Positions 62,440 to 64,000 of a stretch of DNA of 64,000 bases are shown here, one piece after another (position 1 is the first letter of the stretch; each line of letters starts with the position of its first letter). The DNA is from Frankiaceae bacterium (GTDB lineage Bacteria; Actinomycetota; Actinomycetes; Mycobacteriales; SCTD01). The stretch covers positions 74,307 through 138,306 of the forward strand of contig JAENVS010000011.1 in assembly GCA_016650445.1 (NCBI GenBank), given 5' to 3'. The position numbers and the translations under genes are program-made. The notes under the pieces were generated by a model. The model ran no database searches. It was given only the letters and a program-made list of their open reading frames with translations, and had not been told where the DNA came from.

Positions 62440-63720
62440 TCAGAAAGGCGTTCCCTCGAGCATCTCGGTCACCAGCGCGGCGATCGGCGAGCGCTCGGAG
62501 CGGGTCAGCGTGACGTGGGCGAACAGCGGATGACCCTTCAGCGCCTCGATCACCGAGGCCACCCCGTCGTGCCGCCCGACGCGGAGGTTGTCGCGTTGCG
62601 CGACGTCGTGCGTGAGCACGACCCGTGAGCCCTGGCCGAGCCGGGACAGCACCGTGAGGAGCACGCCTCGCTCGAGTGACTGCGCCTCGTCGACGATGAC
62701 GAACGAGTCGTGCAGCGAGCGACCTCGGATGTGCGTCAGCGGGAGCACCTCGAGCAGTCCCCGGGCCATGACCTCTTCCACGACCTCGGCCGCAACCAGC
62801 GCCCCGAGGGTGTCGAAGACGGCCTGCGCCCAGGGCCCCATCTTCTCGGAGGCGTCGCCAGGCAGGTAACCCAGTTCCTGTCCACCTACGGCGTACAGCG
62901 GCCGGAAGACCACGACCTTCTTGTGCGCTCTGCGCTCCATCACCGACTCCAGGCCGGCGCAGAGCGCCAGCGCGGACTTGCCGGTGCCGGCTCGGCCGCC
63001 GAGCGAGACGATGCCCACCTCGGCGTCGAGGAGCAGGTCGATCGCGACCCGCTGTTCGGCGGAGCGCCCATGCACCCCGAACGCATCGCGATCGCCGCGC
63101 ACCAGCCGCACGGACTTGTCGGGAGCGACCCGGCCGAGCCCGGAGCCGCGCGACGACAGCAGGACGAGCCCGGTGTGGCAGGGCAGGTCGCGGGCCTCCT
63201 CGAGCTCGATCCGTCCTGCCTCGTAGAGCGTGTCCAGGTCCTCCGCGGACACCTCGAGCTCGGCCATGCCGGTCCATCCGGTGTCGACGGCGAGCTCGGC
63301 GAGGTACTCCTGGGCGTTCAGCCCGATCGATGCCGCCTTGATGCGCAGCGGCAGGTCCTTGCTGACGAGCACGACATCGACACCCTCGGCGGCCAGGTTG
63401 GCGGCGACCGCGAGGATGCGGCAGTCGCCGCTGTCACCGCGGAACCCGGCCGGCAGCGCGGAGGTGTCCACGTGGTTGAGCTCTACCCGCACCGTGCCGT
63501 TGGCCACCGGCAAGGGCTCGTCGAGGCGACCGTGCTTGATCCTCAGGTCGTCGAGCAGGCGCAGGGCCTGACGGGCGAACCAGCCCAGCTCGGGGTGGTC
63601 GCGCTTGCCCTCGAGCTCGCCGATCACCACCAGCGGGAGGACCACGTCGTGCTCGTCGAAGCGGCCGATGGCTCCCGGGTCGGAGAGCAGGACCGAGGTG
63701 TCGAGGACGAAGGTGGTCAT
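62440..63720 (-). CDS. phoH2: PhoH2: PIN domain fused to PhoH-like ATPase
   Basis: Met86 of ORF 62440..63975. PIN N-terminus [13 protein letters not shown]. Walker [12 protein letters not shown], Walker [10 protein letters not shown]. Confidence 0.9.
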   Translation of the reverse strand: MTTFVLDTSVLLSDPGAIGRFDEHDVVLPLVVIGELEGKRDHPELGWFARQALRLLDDLRIKHGRLDEPLPVANGTVRVELNHVDTSALPAGFRGDSGDCRILAVAANLAAEGVDVVLVSKDLPLRIKAASIGLNAQEYLAELAVDTGWTGMAELEVSAEDLDTLYEAGRIELEEARDLPCHTGLVLLSSRGSGLGRVAPDKSVRLVRGDRDAFGVHGRSAEQRVAIDLLLDAEVGIVSLGGRAGTGKSALALCAGLESVMERRAHKKVVVFRPLYAVGGQELGYLPGDASEKMGPWAQAVFDTLGALVAAEVVEEVMARGLLEVLPLTHIRGRSLHDSFVIVDEAQSLERGVLLTVLSRLGQGSRVVLTHDVAQRDNLRVGRHDGVASVIEALKGHPLFAHVTLTRSERSPIAALVTEMLEGTPF

Positions 63721-63823
63721 AGGGGCACCCGTCTGGCAACCGGCGGGCGCCGGCCGCTGCGTCGAAAGTAGGACGCACCCGGCTGCGGGGGTGGGAGGCG
63801 CGCGATGCGCCGCGGTCGGCCGG

Positions 63824-64000
63824 TCAGGTGCCGAAGCGGCGCTGCCTGGCGGCGTACGCGCGCAGCGCCCGCAGGAAGTCGACCCGGCGGAAGTCAGGCC
63901 AGTATGCCTCGCAGAAGTAGAACTCGCTGTGCGCGCTCTGCCAGAGCAGGAAGCCGCCGAGCCGCTGCTCACCACTGGTGCGGATCACGAGGTCCGGATC
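63824..64000 (-). CDS. uppS: isoprenyl (undecaprenyl/decaprenyl-type cis-prenyl) diphosphate synthase, C-terminal 58 codons (5' end outside window)
   Basis: My own translation of the minus strand gives [58 protein letters not shown], with the stop at 63824-63826. Not in the ORF track because no Met lies inside the window. Confidence 0.8.
   Translation of the reverse strand, partial: DPDLVIRTSGEQRLGGFLLWQSAHSEFYFCEAYWPDFRRVDFLRALRAYAARQRRFGT

Noticed and set aside
62169-62513. 114-aa plus-strand ORF with a repeated PTQQGG motif
   Set aside because: The peptide repeat is simply the translation of the two conserved hairpin apices. GC3 and composition are not coding-like, and the ORF runs antisense into phoH2.
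1-64000. Mobile elements, prophage, integrative element borders, tRNA/rRNA genes
   Set aside because: No transposase, integrase, recombinase, phage structural or conjugation gene was recognisable in any frame. No cloverleaf-like tRNA sequence was seen in the intergenic gaps. The islets therefore lack visible mobility genes.

Overview
Very GC-rich chromosomal segment (third codon positions are almost all G/C). It is attributable to an Actinomycetota genome: it carries the mycothiol gene mshB, succinylase-branch dapC/dapD/dapE, a class F sortase and an Sdh1-type succinate dehydrogenase. I call 65 protein-coding genes and 2 probable pseudogenes. I found no rRNA, tRNA, CRISPR, transposase or integrase. 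The backbone is housekeeping: dapE, dapD, dapC, fdxA, cysS, mshB, yqgE, typA, sdhCAB, mutT, ychF, rmuC, ispH, xseA, xseB, modABC, glpX, xthA, fumC, phoH2 and a partial uppS. Accessory islets sit between these anchors. They include three VapBC-type toxin-antitoxin modules (one toxin degenerate) and an 1800-aa secreted protein of about 15 Ig-like repeats. There is a CheW-MCP-CheA(REC)-REC/GAF chemosensory-like cluster followed by VanW, with no CheR or CheB. There is a class F sortase locus with an LPATG-anchored GH5 hydrolase and an unusual Cys-pair-repeat protein. The remaining islets are a Zn-ribbon/HExxH/DUF2786 trio, a flavin reductase-TetR-unknown-kynureninase-like operon, and a secreted-protein/S8 protease/two-component islet. 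Four non-coding structures deserve attention. A 50-nt hairpin element is present twice. Four 13-bp boxes lie at exact 37-bp spacing downstream of ychF. Two related hairpins with compensatory stem changes and competing pairings lie between phoH2 and a sensor kinase. A G10 tract sits in a 474-bp divergent intergenic region. All functional calls come from reading the supplied translations and the DNA by eye. No database search or folding program was run.
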